Translations under genes and position numbers: made by a program
In this document: positions 43,950-57,857 of the stretch, piece by piece
How the letters are laid out: the number at the start of each line of letters is the position of its first letter
How positions within the stretch are numbered: position 1 is the first letter of the stretch
Notes under the pieces: model-generated
The model's input: the letters and a program-made list of their open reading frames with translations, nothing else
What the model was told of the DNA's origin: nothing
The model's database searches: none
Assembly (NCBI RefSeq): GCF_017348835.2
Contig: NZ_CP071375.1
Source of the DNA: Escherichia coli
Lineage (GTDB): Bacteria; Pseudomonadota; Gammaproteobacteria; Enterobacterales; Enterobacteriaceae
DNA: 64,000 nucleotides
Direction: 5' to 3' (one strand)

Positions 43950-44852
43950 ATGAATCAATCTTATGGACGGCTGGTCAGTCGGGCGGCGATTGCTGCGACG
44001 GCGATGGCTTCGCTGCTATTGCTGATTAAAATTTTTGCATGGTGGTATACCGGGTCGGTGAGTATTCTCGCCGCGCTGGTGGATTCGCTGGTGGATATCG
44101 GCGCGTCGTTGACGAATTTATTGGTGGTGCGATATTCCCTGCAACCTGCCGACGATAATCACTCGTTTGGTCACGGTAAAGCTGAGTCCCTCGCGGCGCT
44201 GGCGCAAAGTATGTTTATCTCCGGTTCGGCACTATTCCTGTTTTTGACGGGTATTCAACATCTGATATCTCCAACACCGATGACAGATCCAGGCGTCGGG
44301 GTTATCGTGACAATTGTGGCGCTAATTTGTACGATTATCCTTGTCTCGTTTCAGCGTTGGGTGGTGCGCCGGACGCAAAGCCAGGCGGTGCGGGCTGATA
44401 TGCTACATTACCAGTCTGATGTTATGATGAACGGCGCAATTCTGCTCGCGCTGGGGTTGTCCTGGTACGGCTGGCATCGCGCCGATGCTCTGTTTGCATT
44501 GGGAATCGGCATCTATATTTTATATAGCGCGTTACGCATGGGATATGAGGCGGTACAGTCATTACTGGATCGCGCATTACCTGATGAGGAACGGCAAGAA
44601 ATTATTGATATCGTGACTTCCTGGCCGGGTGTTAGCGGCGCTCACGATCTTCGCACGCGGCAGTCAGGGCCGACCCGCTTTATTCAGATTCATTTGGAAA
44701 TGGAAGACTCTCTGCCTTTGGTTCAGGCACATATGGTGGCGGATCAGGTAGAGCAGGCTATTTTACGGCGTTTTCCGGGATCGGATGTGATTATCCATCA
44801 GGACCCCTGTTCCGTCGTACCCAGGGAGGGTAAACGGTCTATGCTTTCATAA
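43950..44852 (+). CDS. fieF: cation-diffusion-facilitator Fe/Zn efflux pump FieF (YiiP)
   Basis: ORF 43932-44852; start placed at [13 protein letters not shown] (300 aa). Confidence 0.92.
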
Positions 44853-45032
44853 TCAGTATAAAAGAGAGCCAGACCCGCATTTTGTGTATAAAATACCGCC
44901 ATTTGGCCTGACCTGAATCAATTCAGCAGGAAGTGATTGTTATACTATTTGCACATTCGTTGGATCACTTCGATGTGCAAGAAGACTTCCGGCAACAGAT
45001 TTCATTTTGCATTCCAAAGTTCAGAGGTAGTC

Positions 45033-45995
45033 ATGATTAAGAAAATCGGTGTGTTGACAAGCGGCGGTGATGCGCCAGGCATGAACGCCGCAATTCGCGG
45101 GGTTGTTCGTTCTGCGCTGACAGAAGGTCTGGAAGTAATGGGCATTTATGACGGCTATCTGGGTCTGTATGAAGACCGTATGGTACAGCTAGACCGTTAC
45201 AGCGTTTCTGACATGATCAACCGTGGCGGTACGTTCCTCGGTTCTGCGCGTTTCCCGGAATTCCGCGACGAGAACATCCGCGCCGTGGCTATCGAAAACC
45301 TGAAAAAACGTGGTATCGACGCGCTGGTGGTTATCGGCGGTGACGGTTCCTACATGGGTGCAATGCGTCTGACCGAAATGGGCTTCCCGTGCATCGGTCT
45401 GCCTGGCACTATCGACAACGACATCAAAGGCACTGACTACACTATCGGTTTCTTCACTGCGCTGAGCACCGTTGTAGAAGCGATCGACCGTCTGCGTGAC
45501 ACCTCTTCTTCTCACCAGCGTATTTCCGTGGTGGAAGTGATGGGCCGTTATTGTGGCGATCTGACGTTGGCTGCGGCCATTGCCGGTGGCTGTGAATTCG
45601 TTGTGGTTCCGGAAGTTGAATTCAGCCGTGAAGACCTGGTAAACGAAATCAAAGCGGGTATCGCGAAAGGTAAAAAACACGCGATCGTGGCGATTACCGA
45701 ACATATGTGTGATGTTGACGAACTGGCGCATTTCATCGAGAAAGAAACCGGTCGTGAAACCCGCGCAACTGTGCTGGGCCACATCCAGCGCGGTGGTTCT
45801 CCGGTGCCTTACGACCGTATTCTGGCTTCCCGTATGGGCGCTTACGCTATCGATCTGCTGCTGGCAGGTTACGGCGGTCGTTGCGTAGGTATCCAGAACG
45901 AACAGCTGGTTCACCACGACATCATCGACGCTATCGAAAACATGAAGCGTCCGTTCAAAGGCGACTGGCTGGACTGCGCGAAAAAACTGTATTAA
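45033..45995 (+). CDS. pfkA: 6-phosphofructokinase I
   Basis: ORF 44937-45995; start at [23 protein letters not shown] (320 aa). Confidence 0.95.
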
Positions 45996-46050
45996 TGATT
46001 TCGGAAAAAGGCAGATTCCTTTAGCCTGAAACCGATGACAGAAGCAAAAA

Positions 46051-46150
46051 TGCCTGATGCGCTTCGCTTATCAGGCCTACGTGAATTCTGCAATTTATTG
46101 AATTTACAAACTTTTGTAGGCCGGATAAGGCGTTCGCGCCGCATCCGGCA
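46051..46150. repeat. REP/BIME palindromic units between pfkA and sbp
   Basis: gcctgatgcgcttcgcttatcaggcctac and gtaggccggataaggcgttcgcgccgcatccggca. Confidence 0.75.
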
Positions 46151-46313
46151 TCGATAAAGCGCACTTTGTCAGCAATATGAGGCGGATTTCTTCCGCCTTT
46201 TTAACCCCCAACATATACCCGCAAGTTATAGCCAATCTTTTTTTATTCTTTAATGTTTGGTTAACCTTCTGGCACGCTTTGCTCATCACAACACAACATA
46301 AGAGAGTCGGGCG

Positions 46314-47303
46314 ATGAACAAGTGGGGCGTAGGGTTAACATTTTTGCTGGCGGCAACCAGCGTTATGGCAAAGGATATTCAGCTTCTTAACGTTTCATAT
46401 GATCCAACGCGCGAATTGTACGAACAGTACAACAAGGCATTCAGCGCCCACTGGAAACAGCAAACTGGCGATAACGTGGTGATTCGTCAGTCACACGGTG
46501 GTTCAGGCAAACAAGCAACGTCGGTAATCAACGGTATTGAAGCTGATGTTGTCACGCTGGCTCTGGCCTATGACGTGGACGCGATTGCGGAACGCGGGCG
46601 GATTGATAAAGAGTGGATCAAACGTCTGCCGGATAACTCCGCACCGTACACTTCCACCATTGTTTTCCTGGTACGTAAGGGAAATCCGAAGCAGATCCAT
46701 GACTGGAACGATCTGATTAAACCGGGTGTTTCGGTGATCACGCCTAATCCGAAAAGCTCTGGTGGCGCGCGCTGGAACTACCTGGCAGCCTGGGGCTACG
46801 CGCTGCATCACAACAACAACGATCAGGCAAAAGCACAGGATTTTGTTCGGGCACTGTATAAAAACGTCGAAGTTCTGGATTCTGGCGCGCGCGGCTCCAC
46901 TAACACTTTTGTCGAGCGCGGAATTGGCGATGTACTGATTGCCTGGGAAAACGAAGCTCTGCTGGCAGCGAATGAACTGGGGAAAGATAAATTCGAAATC
47001 GTCACGCCGAGTGAGTCTATCCTCGCAGAGCCAACCGTGTCGGTGGTCGATAAAGTGGTCGAGAAAAAAGGTACTAAAGATGTGGCGGAAGCCTACCTGA
47101 AATATCTTTACTCGCCAGAAGGTCAGGAAATTGCCGCGAAAAACTACTACCGTCCGCGCGACGCTGAGGTAGCGAAAAAGTACGAAAATGCGTTTCCAAA
47201 GCTGAAGTTATTCACCATTGATGAAGAGTTCGGCGGCTGGACGAAAGCGCAAAAAGAGCATTTTGCTAACGGCGGTACGTTCGATCAGATCAGCAAACGC
47301 TGA
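46314..47303 (+). CDS. sbp: periplasmic sulfate-binding protein
   Basis: 329-aa ORF with signal peptide, recognised Sbp. Confidence 0.92.
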   Translation: MNKWGVGLTFLLAATSVMAKDIQLLNVSYDPTRELYEQYNKAFSAHWKQQTGDNVVIRQSHGGSGKQATSVINGIEADVVTLALAYDVDAIAERGRIDKEWIKRLPDNSAPYTSTIVFLVRKGNPKQIHDWNDLIKPGVSVITPNPKSSGGARWNYLAAWGYALHHNNNDQAKAQDFVRALYKNVEVLDSGARGSTNTFVERGIGDVLIAWENEALLAANELGKDKFEIVTPSESILAEPTVSVVDKVVEKKGTKDVAEAYLKYLYSPEGQEIAAKNYYRPRDAEVAKKYENAFPKLKLFTIDEEFGGWTKAQKEHFANGGTFDQISKR

Positions 47304-47323
47304 TTTCCCCAGGATAATTATCA

Positions 47324-47355
47324 AACCCGGTGGTTTCTCGCGACCGGGTTTTTTA
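47324..47355 (+). terminator. sbp rho-independent terminator
   Basis: aacccggtggtttctcgcgaccgggtt stem-loop followed by T-run. Confidence 0.65.
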
Positions 47356-47409
47356 TTTGTCACGATTTTGCGTTACCCTTGCATCTCTTTGAGGTACAGG
47401 GAAAAAAAG

Positions 47410-48165
47410 ATGAAAAAAGCGGGTCTTCTTTTTTTGGTGATGATAGTTATCGCCGTTGTGGCTGCCGGTATTGGTTACTGGAAATTAACCGGTGAAGAGT
47501 CGGATACATTACGTAAGATTGTCCTTGAGGAATGTTTGCCCAATCAGCAGCAAAATCAAAATCCTTCGCCATGTGCGGAAGTCAAACCCAATGCCGGATA
47601 CGTGGTTTTAAAAGATCTTAATGGCTCACTGCAATATCTGTTGATGCCAACGTATCGTATTAACGGTACTGAAAGTCCTTTGTTGACCGATCCTTCAACG
47701 CCGAACTTCTTTTGGTTGGCCTGGCAGGCGCGTGATTTTATGAGCAAAAAATACGGCCAGCCGGTTCCCGATCGCGCGGTTTCTTTGGCGATCAACTCCC
47801 GCACCGGACGTACGCAAAACCATTTTCATATTCATATCTCTTGTATTCGTCCTGATGTGCGCGAACAGCTGGATAACAATCTGGCGAACATCAGCAGCCG
47901 CTGGTTGCCACTGCCAGGTGGTTTGCGCGGGCATGAATACCTGGCGCGTCGGGTAACGGAAAGCGAACTGGTACAACGCAGCCCATTTATGATGCTGGCA
48001 GAAGAAGTACCTGAGGCGCGGGAACATATGGGAAGCTACGGGCTGGCGATGGTACGGCAGAGTGATAATTCGTTTGTGTTGCTGGCGACACAACGAAATC
48101 TACTGACGCTGAACCGTGCTTCAGCCGAGGAAATCCAGGATCATCAGTGTGAGATTTTGCGTTAA
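47410..48165 (+). CDS. cdh: CDP-diacylglycerol pyrophosphatase
   Basis: ORF 47218-48165; start placed at [13 protein letters not shown] (251 aa), downstream of the sbp terminator. Confidence 0.88.
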   Translation: MKKAGLLFLVMIVIAVVAAGIGYWKLTGEESDTLRKIVLEECLPNQQQNQNPSPCAEVKPNAGYVVLKDLNGSLQYLLMPTYRINGTESPLLTDPSTPNFFWLAWQARDFMSKKYGQPVPDRAVSLAINSRTGRTQNHFHIHISCIRPDVREQLDNNLANISSRWLPLPGGLRGHEYLARRVTESELVQRSPFMMLAEEVPEAREHMGSYGLAMVRQSDNSFVLLATQRNLLTLNRASAEEIQDHQCEILR

Positions 48166-48219
48166 GGCGAGGAGTTAAGGAAAGTAAGTGCCGGATATGA
48201 AATCCGGCACCTGTCAGAC

Positions 48220-48987
48220 TTAAGCCTGTTTAGCCGCTTCTGCAGCTTTAACGATCACTGCGAAAGCGTCAGCTTTCAGAGAAGCACCGCCAACCAGTGC
48301 GCCGTCGATGTCTGGTTGAGCAAACAGTTCTGCAGCGTTAGACGCGTTTACAGAGCCGCCGTACTGAATGATCACTTGTTCAGCGATGTTAGCGTCAACT
48401 TTAGCGATGTGGTCACGGATGAATTTGTGAACAGCCTGTGCCTGAGCCGGAGTTGCTGATTTGCCAGTACCGATTGCCCATACGGGTTCGTAAGCGATAA
48501 CCGCACCTTCGAATGCCGCAGCACCCTGAGTTTTCAGTACCGCGTCGATCTGACGTGCGCAAACTTCTTCAGTTTTTCCCGCTTCGTTTTCAGCTTCGGT
48601 TTCACCAATGCACAGAACCGGAGTCAGACCCTGCTCTTTCAGCACCGCGAATTTTTTCGCGATCAGTTCGTCAGACTCTTTGTGGTAAGTACGACGTTCA
48701 GAGTGGCCGATGATGATGTACTGAGCGCCGATGTCTTTCAGCATAGCGGCAGAGGTTTCACCGGTGAATGCGCCGGACAGGTTCAGGTCCACGTTTTGCG
48801 CACCCAGCATGATGTGGCTGCCTTCAGCTTCGCGCTTCGCCATATCGATGTACATTTCCGGTGGTGCGATTGCAACCGCACAGCCAGCAACACCTGCCAG
48901 CTCTTTACGCAGGTTAGAAACCAGCTCGTGAACCATGTGGCGGCTGCCGTTCAGTTTCCAGTTACCCATCACTAAAGGATGTCGCAT
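48220..48987 (-). CDS. tpiA: triosephosphate isomerase
   Basis: 255-aa ORF, recognised TpiA ([11 protein letters not shown] motif). Confidence 0.95.
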
Positions 48988-49094
48988 TTTAATTCTCCAC
49001 GCTTATAAGCGAATAAAGGAAGATGGCCGCCCCGCAGGGCAGCAGGTCTGTGAAACAGTATAGAGATTCATCGGCACAAAGGCTTTGCTTTTTG

Positions 49095-49694
49095 TCATTT
49101 ATTCAAACCTTCAAGCGATTCAGATAGCGCCAGCTTAATCGGTTCAACAGCGAAGGTCAGCCCCTTTTCGCCGTTGTCCGCGACAACATAACGCAGTGCA
49201 CCTTCTGTCTCGGTGTAATAACGTTTGTTTTTCCCCGCCGTTAGTAGCGACTGCAGTTTTTTCTGGCTTTGTGTTTTGGTCATTAATGGGGTGAGTGTGC
49301 GGATCACCGCTGCCATATATTCCTGAGCTTTCGCTTTCGCGGCTTTTTGCTCTGGCCCCTGGATGGGTAGCCAGGTCATTTGAATGCTTTTGATTTTTAA
49401 GGTACCGCGCTCCAGCGCTGTAGAAGCATACAAGTTCTCGTTAATTTTACTTGCAGCACGAGTGAGATTGGCTTTGTCGGGACTGCTGTCGATGGCACGA
49501 AATTCGTTCAGTGGCAGGCTGGGATTCTGGCTGTTAAAGTCTTCTCGAAACTGGCTGATGGAGAGATCGAAAGTAGGGGCTCCAGCCAGCAGATAAGGCG
49601 CGGTCGTTGCCGTATCTGGTGTTTGTGCATGCGCCGTTGTTGTAACGGTTAATGCAGAACATAAGAGAAAAAACAGCGTACACCCTGGCTTCAT
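49095..49694 (-). CDS. yiiQ: DUF1454 periplasmic protein YiiQ
   Basis: 199-aa ORF with signal peptide. Confidence 0.82.
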   Translation of the reverse strand: MKPGCTLFFLLCSALTVTTTAHAQTPDTATTAPYLLAGAPTFDLSISQFREDFNSQNPSLPLNEFRAIDSSPDKANLTRAASKINENLYASTALERGTLKIKSIQMTWLPIQGPEQKAAKAKAQEYMAAVIRTLTPLMTKTQSQKKLQSLLTAGKNKRYYTETEGALRYVVADNGEKGLTFAVEPIKLALSESLEGLNK

Positions 49695-49794
49695 TGACAG
49701 TACCTTTTGTTATGACTGGCTCCGATTAAAACGATATCTGTCGCCCTTGTCAAAAGGGTAGAATCCTGGAAAAGACAACCATCAAGGAACTTAC

Positions 49795-50235
49795 ATGACC
49801 ATACAGCAATGGTTATTCTCATTTAAAGGGCGTATTGGACGCCGTGATTTCTGGATTTGGATAGGCCTGTGGTTCGCAGGCATGCTGGTGCTTTTCTCAC
49901 TGGCGGGTAAAAATTTACTCGATATTCAGACCGCGGCGTTTTGCCTTGTGTGCTTGCTCTGGCCAACAGCGGCAGTAACCGTTAAGCGCTTGCATGATCG
50001 CGGGCGTTCCGGCGCATGGGCATTTCTGATGATTGTGGCGTGGATGCTACTGGCGGGTAACTGGGCGATTTTACCGGGTGTCTGGCAATGGGCGGTAGGG
50101 CGTTTTGTCCCGACGTTGATTCTGGTGATGATGCTTATCGATCTTGGTGCGTTTGTTGGCACACAAGGCGAAAATAAATATGGTAAAGATACTCAGGATG
50201 TGAAGTATAAAGCCGACAATAAATCAAGTAATTAA
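49795..50235 (+). CDS. yiiR: DUF805 inner membrane protein YiiR
   Basis: 146-aa multi-TM ORF. Confidence 0.82.
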   Translation: MTIQQWLFSFKGRIGRRDFWIWIGLWFAGMLVLFSLAGKNLLDIQTAAFCLVCLLWPTAAVTVKRLHDRGRSGAWAFLMIVAWMLLAGNWAILPGVWQWAVGRFVPTLILVMMLIDLGAFVGTQGENKYGKDTQDVKYKADNKSSN

Positions 50236-50446
50236 CCTTTAATATATCTCTTACTGCTATTTTTTTCCGGGATTGTTATTTCCACGATGCAAATGACAAT
50301 GCCCGGAAAATCCTTCTGAACTCTTCACCTTAAGCAATATCAAAAAAAATGGTAATCCATAAGATCATTACTTGTTTGTTCTTCTCTTAACGGCGCATTA
50401 TTCTTAAGTCGTAATCGACAGAGAGGCGAATATACAGAGGTGCCCT

Positions 50447-50746
50447 ATGAAAGATGTCGTAGATAAATGCAGTACTAAAGGATGTGCGATTGATATCGGT
50501 ACGGTGATTGATAACGACAACTGTACCAGTAAGTTTTCGCGCTTTTTTGCCACCCGCGAAGAAGCAGAGTCCTTTATGACCAAACTGAAAGAGCTTGCCG
50601 CCGCTGCATCCTCTGCAGATGAAGGGGCCAGCGTGGCCTATAAGATTAAGGATCTGGAGGGGCAAGTTGAGCTTGATGCGGCCTTCACCTTCTCATGCCA
50701 GGCCGAGATGATTATTTTTGAGTTATCACTGCGTTCGTTAGCTTGA
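50447..50746 (+). CDS. yiiS: UPF0381/DUF406 protein YiiS
   Basis: 99-aa ORF. Confidence 0.8.
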   Translation: MKDVVDKCSTKGCAIDIGTVIDNDNCTSKFSRFFATREEAESFMTKLKELAAAASSADEGASVAYKIKDLEGQVELDAAFTFSCQAEMIIFELSLRSLA

Positions 50747-50772
50747 TGGAGTTGCTTTAGAAGGAGTTAAAC

Positions 50773-51201
50773 ATGGCTTATAAACACATTGGCGTGGCAA
50801 TTTCCGGGAATGAAGAAGATGCCTTACTGGTGAATAAAGCCCTGGAGCTCGCCAGACATAATGACGCTCATCTGACGTTAATTCATATTGATGATGGCTT
50901 AAGCGAGTTGTATCCGGGTATCTACTTCCCTGCAACAGAGGATATTCTTCAATTGTTGAAGAATAAGTCGGATAACAAGCTGTATAAACTGACGAAAAAT
51001 ATTCAATGGCCGAAGACAAAACTGCGTATTGAACGCGGAGAAATGCCGGAAACACTGCTGGAAATTATGCAAAAAGAGCAGTGCGACCTCCTTGTCTGTG
51101 GTCATCACCACTCATTTATCAACCGTTTGATGCCGGCATATCGCGGGATGATCAATAAGTTGAGTGCGGATTTGCTCATCGTGCCGTTTATCGATAAGTA
51201 A
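50773..51201 (+). CDS. uspD: universal stress protein D
   Basis: 142-aa ORF, recognised UspD. Confidence 0.9.
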   Translation: MAYKHIGVAISGNEEDALLVNKALELARHNDAHLTLIHIDDGLSELYPGIYFPATEDILQLLKNKSDNKLYKLTKNIQWPKTKLRIERGEMPETLLEIMQKEQCDLLVCGHHHSFINRLMPAYRGMINKLSADLLIVPFIDK

Positions 51202-51205
51202 CCGC

Positions 51206-51952
51206 TTACCAGTAATGCTCCGCTGTCATGTGACCCGGTCGGCGACGTAAATGTTTCGTCATCTGCCGGGTCTCTTTCAGCAACTGTTGCGTATCGCGCA
51301 CCATCTGTGGATTGCCGCACAGCATCACATGGCTGGTTTCTTTATTCATCGGCAGGCCAACCGCGCTTTCCAGTTCACCACTTTCAATTAACGCCGGTAT
51401 CCGTCCGGTGAGCGAACCCGCTGCCGTTTCCCGACTGACCACCGTCTGAATGCGCAGTTTTCCTTCGTAGCGTTTTTCCAGTTCTTGCATCAGTGGCAAA
51501 TAGCTTAAGTCGGCGGCATAACGTGCGGCGTGCACCAGGACCAGATTTTTGAAGCGATCTAAATCTTTGCCTAGTTGTAGAATCGATAAATAAGGGCCAA
51601 TCGCTGTACCGGTTGCCAGCATCCATAGCGTTTCGCAATCTGGTACTTCATCCAGAACAAAGAAGCCAGCTGCTTCGCTAACCACCTGCACTTCATCGCC
51701 CGGTTTCAGTGCCGCCAATCGTGGGCTTAATTTGCCATCGGGGACGGTGACCAGGTAAAACTCCAGATCGGGATTATCGGGCGAGTTAACATAGGAGTAG
51801 GCGCGCTGGACGCGTTCGCCGTCGATTTCAAGGCCAAGCTTGGTAAATTGCCCGGCGGTAAACGGAAGCACGGGAGCGTGAACGGTGAGACTAAACAGGG
51901 CGTCGGTCCAGTTCTGCACTTTAGTGACTTTGCCTGTTACCCAATCAGCCAT
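51206..51952 (-). CDS. fpr: ferredoxin/flavodoxin-NADP+ reductase
   Basis: 248-aa ORF, recognised Fpr. Confidence 0.9.
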   Translation of the reverse strand: MADWVTGKVTKVQNWTDALFSLTVHAPVLPFTAGQFTKLGLEIDGERVQRAYSYVNSPDNPDLEFYLVTVPDGKLSPRLAALKPGDEVQVVSEAAGFFVLDEVPDCETLWMLATGTAIGPYLSILQLGKDLDRFKNLVLVHAARYAADLSYLPLMQELEKRYEGKLRIQTVVSRETAAGSLTGRIPALIESGELESAVGLPMNKETSHVMLCGNPQMVRDTQQLLKETRQMTKHLRRRPGHMTAEHYW

Positions 51953-52048
51953 GTTTTTCTCCTGTTTTGATTGACTTGCCTTATCTTCGTTCTCCGAACA
52001 AAAAAATTCCAGTCCCGAAGGACTGGAAGGCTCAATCGATCAAATCAA

Positions 52049-53059
52049 TCAGAGGATGTGCACCTGCATTTCCGGGTCTTTGCGATCCAGATAGTGGATG
52101 GACTGAATGCGGCGAATGGTGCGTGACTTGCCGCGGATCAGCAGCGTTTCGGTAGTCGCGATATTGCCTTTGCGGCTAATGCCTTCCAGCAGATCGCCTT
52201 TGGTAATACCGGTGGCAGAGAAGATGACGTTATCGCTGCGCGCCATATCGCCCAGACGCAATACTTTACCGGCTTCGATGCCCATCGCTTTGCAGCGTGC
52301 CAGCTCCTGCTCGCCAATGCGACGATTCTCTTCATTGTCGCCTTTGACGTCATGACGCGCCAGCAGACGACCGTTCATGTCGCCATCTAATGCGCGGATC
52401 ACCGCCGCAGAAACCACGCCTTCCGGCGCGCCACCAATACCGTACAGCACGTCAACTTCGCTGTCTGGCATACAGGTGAGAATTGAGGCCGCAACGTCGC
52501 CATCCGGAATAGCAAATACGCGTACGCCGAGTTGCTGCATTTCAGCGATAACGGCATCGTGGCGTGGTTTAGCCAGAATCGTTACCGTCAGTTCGCTCAA
52601 CGGTTTGCCGAGCGCCGCCGCTACATTGCGCAGGTTATCCGCCAGCGGCAGGTTCAGATCAATGGTGCCTTTGGCTCCCGGTCCGACGATCAGCTTCTCC
52701 ATATACATATCTGGCGCGTTGAGGAAACAGCCTTTATCGCCTACTGCCAGCACCGCCAGCGCGTTAGCCTGACCCATCGCCGTCATGCGCGTGCCTTCAA
52801 TCGGATCAACAGCAATATCTACCGCGTCGCCGCGACCAGTACCGACTTTTTCACCAATGTAGAGCATCGGTGCTTCGTCGATTTCACCTTCACCAATGAC
52901 GATGGTGCCGTCAATGTTGACCTGGTTGAGCATAATACGCATGGCGTTTACCGCCGCGCCGTCCGCGGTGTTTTTATCGCCGCGTCCTAACCATTTGTAG
53001 CCAGCCAGCGCCGCAGATTCGGTGACGCGGGAAAATTCGATGGCAAGTTCTCGTCTCAT
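52049..53059 (-). CDS. glpX: fructose-1,6-bisphosphatase class II
   Basis: 336-aa ORF, recognised GlpX. Confidence 0.92.
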   Translation of the reverse strand: MRRELAIEFSRVTESAALAGYKWLGRGDKNTADGAAVNAMRIMLNQVNIDGTIVIGEGEIDEAPMLYIGEKVGTGRGDAVDIAVDPIEGTRMTAMGQANALAVLAVGDKGCFLNAPDMYMEKLIVGPGAKGTIDLNLPLADNLRNVAAALGKPLSELTVTILAKPRHDAVIAEMQQLGVRVFAIPDGDVAASILTCMPDSEVDVLYGIGGAPEGVVSAAVIRALDGDMNGRLLARHDVKGDNEENRRIGEQELARCKAMGIEAGKVLRLGDMARSDNVIFSATGITKGDLLEGISRKGNIATTETLLIRGKSRTIRRIQSIHYLDRKDPEMQVHIL

Positions 53060-53164
53060 AGCAAACTCTAAGCAGTAAGGAATGGCGCGAAGTGTAGCAC
53101 AGGGGAAGGGTGGGATTATTGATGTGTGCGGGGTTGCCCCCGCACGGTTTCAGAGTCTGCGTGA

Positions 53165-53275
53165 TGCCGGATGCGGCGTGAACGCCTTATCCCGCCTACA
53201 CAAAATGGCATTGGCTCGTAGGCCTGATAAGACGCGTAAGCGTCGCATCAGGCGATCAGCATCAGGCAATCGATT
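53165..53275. repeat. REP/BIME palindromic units between glpX and glpK
   Basis: gccggatgcggcgtgaacgccttatcccgcctaca, gtaggcctgataagacgcgtaagcgtcgcatcaggc and a further partial unit. Confidence 0.75.
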
Positions 53276-53288
53276 CAGGTGCCTGACA

Positions 53289-55665
<2,377 letters not shown>

Positions 55666-56027
55666 AATCGGATCCTGAAGAGTTAATGTTTGTTGTATGC
55701 GTGAAAGTCACGGACCTCCACGATGCTTGTAGGAATGCTGTAAACTTATCGTTAACGAGCAAAAACGAGAAATATCGAACTTAAAATGTGTGTGCTTCGT
55801 CATAAAATGAGCGTTATCGCGCCATTTATTCCATCTGATTGTACATGATGCATGTTTGTTAGATCATTCGCGCAACAAATTTATTAACATTTTCGATTGG
55901 TGTGGATTATGTCTCCAGGAGAAGGATGAAAAGTGTGGCAAACCGTAATCTGCAAGGCGTGCCGCTGGACAGCGATGGCGCGGCTTCATACAATCGGAGC
56001 TAACTAAAGTGCGCTCGTATTTATTAA

Positions 56028-56336
<309 letters not shown>

Positions 56337-56350
56337 TCTCTTCCACGCAG

Positions 56351-56376
56351 AGGCGCCGCAAGGCGCCTTATTTTTT
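56351..56376 (+). terminator. zapB rho-independent terminator
   Basis: aggcgccgcaaggcgcct stem-loop followed by T6 run; stop codon of the convergent islet ORF (56375-56377) lies in the T-run. Confidence 0.7.
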
Positions 56377-57091
56377 ACTTCACTGTATTTTTAGCAGACA
56401 ACATAATCTCCATCGCCTGTTGGCGATATTTATCTGCCGTATCTGGCTCCATTAATGCAATGATCCCCACAGCCCTGGGGGTGTCTTCAAGATAAACACT
56501 GATGGTTCTTTTCTGCTGACCATCAAAATTTATCAACACATCCTGATACTTACAGGTGAAATGTTTGGCATTACAATCATGAAACTGGAAGGTTTCTTCA
56601 TTGTATTGATCCTTGAGATTGTCTCGCTGCATCTTCTTTAACTCTTCCAGCGAGTCATCGGCGCTACGTCCTGCGGGCAGGCGGAAAGCAGAAATAAAGA
56701 CGCTATTATCTTCACTTCTTATATCAATGGTTTTATCAGTACTAATAGAAACCGTATTCCAGTGTCGGTTTGGGACAGTCACGGAAATAGCTGCCTTCTC
56801 AAACGTATAGTGCCACGGGGTGAACAGACGAAACGTATTGCCGACGTTGGATAAAAGCAGGACTCCCAATACCCAACAGCACCCGCGAGTAAAACTGGCG
56901 AAGTTACGCGTTTTTTTAGTGAATGTGCACAGAATACCTGACACAAGCACGGGAAGTAATAACGGCCCAAGAAGTACTGAACCGATATACTCGCCAACCA
57001 TCCCAGGATCTCCAGTAAGCAAGTTACTGTGCTGAAGATGACTAAGAAAAATAGTTATTATCCATAGTATTAATAAGATAACGTATCTCAT
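56375..57091 (-). CDS. hypothetical membrane-anchored protein, islet paralog B (3 N-terminal TM helices plus about 140-aa soluble domain)
   Basis: 238-aa ORF in AT-rich DNA; shares motifs with the upstream ORF (TVTVPxxxW, C-x6-C-(A/K)-YQ, ...MLSA(K/R) C-terminus); no family recognised. Confidence 0.6.
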   Translation of the reverse strand: MRYVILLILWIITIFLSHLQHSNLLTGDPGMVGEYIGSVLLGPLLLPVLVSGILCTFTKKTRNFASFTRGCCWVLGVLLLSNVGNTFRLFTPWHYTFEKAAISVTVPNRHWNTVSISTDKTIDIRSEDNSVFISAFRLPAGRSADDSLEELKKMQRDNLKDQYNEETFQFHDCNAKHFTCKYQDVLINFDGQQKRTISVYLEDTPRAVGIIALMEPDTADKYRQQAMEIMLSAKNTVK

Positions 57092-57123
57092 ATCAATCCA
57101 TTATTATTAACATGCACATCAGA

Positions 57124-57810
57124 TCATTGACGAGCAGAAAGCATCATTTTCATTACTTCTTCTTGATATTCGTCCAAATAATCTGGGTCGATAGCTGCGA
57201 CCAGTTGTATCAAATTAGTGTTATCCAGTAGAGTCATGAAAATAGCATGTCTTACTTTGCCATCACTCATTGTTTGCACTCCTTCCTGATAAGCGCAGGC
57301 AAATCCCTGAACATCACAAACATGCATTTCTGCAGTTCCGTTTTGAGTCGCGGTAAGTTCCTCGATTGAATGCACACCGAGTTCATTTTGTGAGAAGGCA
57401 ACAATAGCTAAAATAGCATGGGCATCCCGGGTCACCAGGGTTGGTCCTTGTTTTACTATATTGGCAACCCACTGTTTGCTCGGAACCGTGACGGTGATAC
57501 CTGGCTCCGGGAAAGTATAATCCCATATGCTGTGTCGTTCCCACACCGCATAGCTGCTATAGATAAGAAATAATCCCATTAACCAACAAGTGCCGCGAAT
57601 AAAGCTGCGGCTGCTTCTTTTTTTTATCGTTATACAGATGATTGTGGCGATAATAAATGATAAGGCAAGTGGGTTAAAAAATACGTTAGCAAAATATAAA
57701 ATCATTTCACCCGCGTTGCCAGATAAAAGAAATTTGTAGCGGAAATGGTTAACGGCTATAAGTAATAAATATATAAATAAAAGAATAATATTCTGCATGA
57801 ATACGTCCAT
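57124..57810 (-). CDS. hypothetical membrane-anchored protein, islet paralog A
   Basis: 228-aa ORF, same architecture as paralog B; weak or no SD at either candidate start (M1 or M5). Confidence 0.6.
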   Translation of the reverse strand: MDVFMQNIILLFIYLLLIAVNHFRYKFLLSGNAGEMILYFANVFFNPLALSFIIATIICITIKKRSSRSFIRGTCWLMGLFLIYSSYAVWERHSIWDYTFPEPGITVTVPSKQWVANIVKQGPTLVTRDAHAILAIVAFSQNELGVHSIEELTATQNGTAEMHVCDVQGFACAYQEGVQTMSDGKVRHAIFMTLLDNTNLIQLVAAIDPDYLDEYQEEVMKMMLSARQ

Positions 57811-57813
57811 GTA

Positions 57814-57842
57814 TAAAAAAGGGGAATTTAATTCCCCTTTTA
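57814..57842. terminator. bidirectional stem-loop terminator downstream of rraA
   Basis: Palindrome aaaaggggaatt ta aattcccctttt flanked by A-run and T-run. Confidence 0.65.
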
Positions 57843-57857
57843 ACGCATGGCAGATAC

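Noticed and set aside
44937-45032. N-terminal extensions of track ORFs (pfkA from 44937, cdh from 47218, glpK to 54902, rhaR from 36016, yihX, csqR, fieF, zapB, menA, cytR)
   Set aside because: Internal starts reproduce the known protein N-termini and have better SD placement; the cdh extension would run through the sbp terminator.
48188-48210. Hairpin gtgccggatatgaaatccggcac between cdh and tpiA as a terminator
   Set aside because: Good stem but no adjacent U-run on either strand, so it is not called as an intrinsic terminator.
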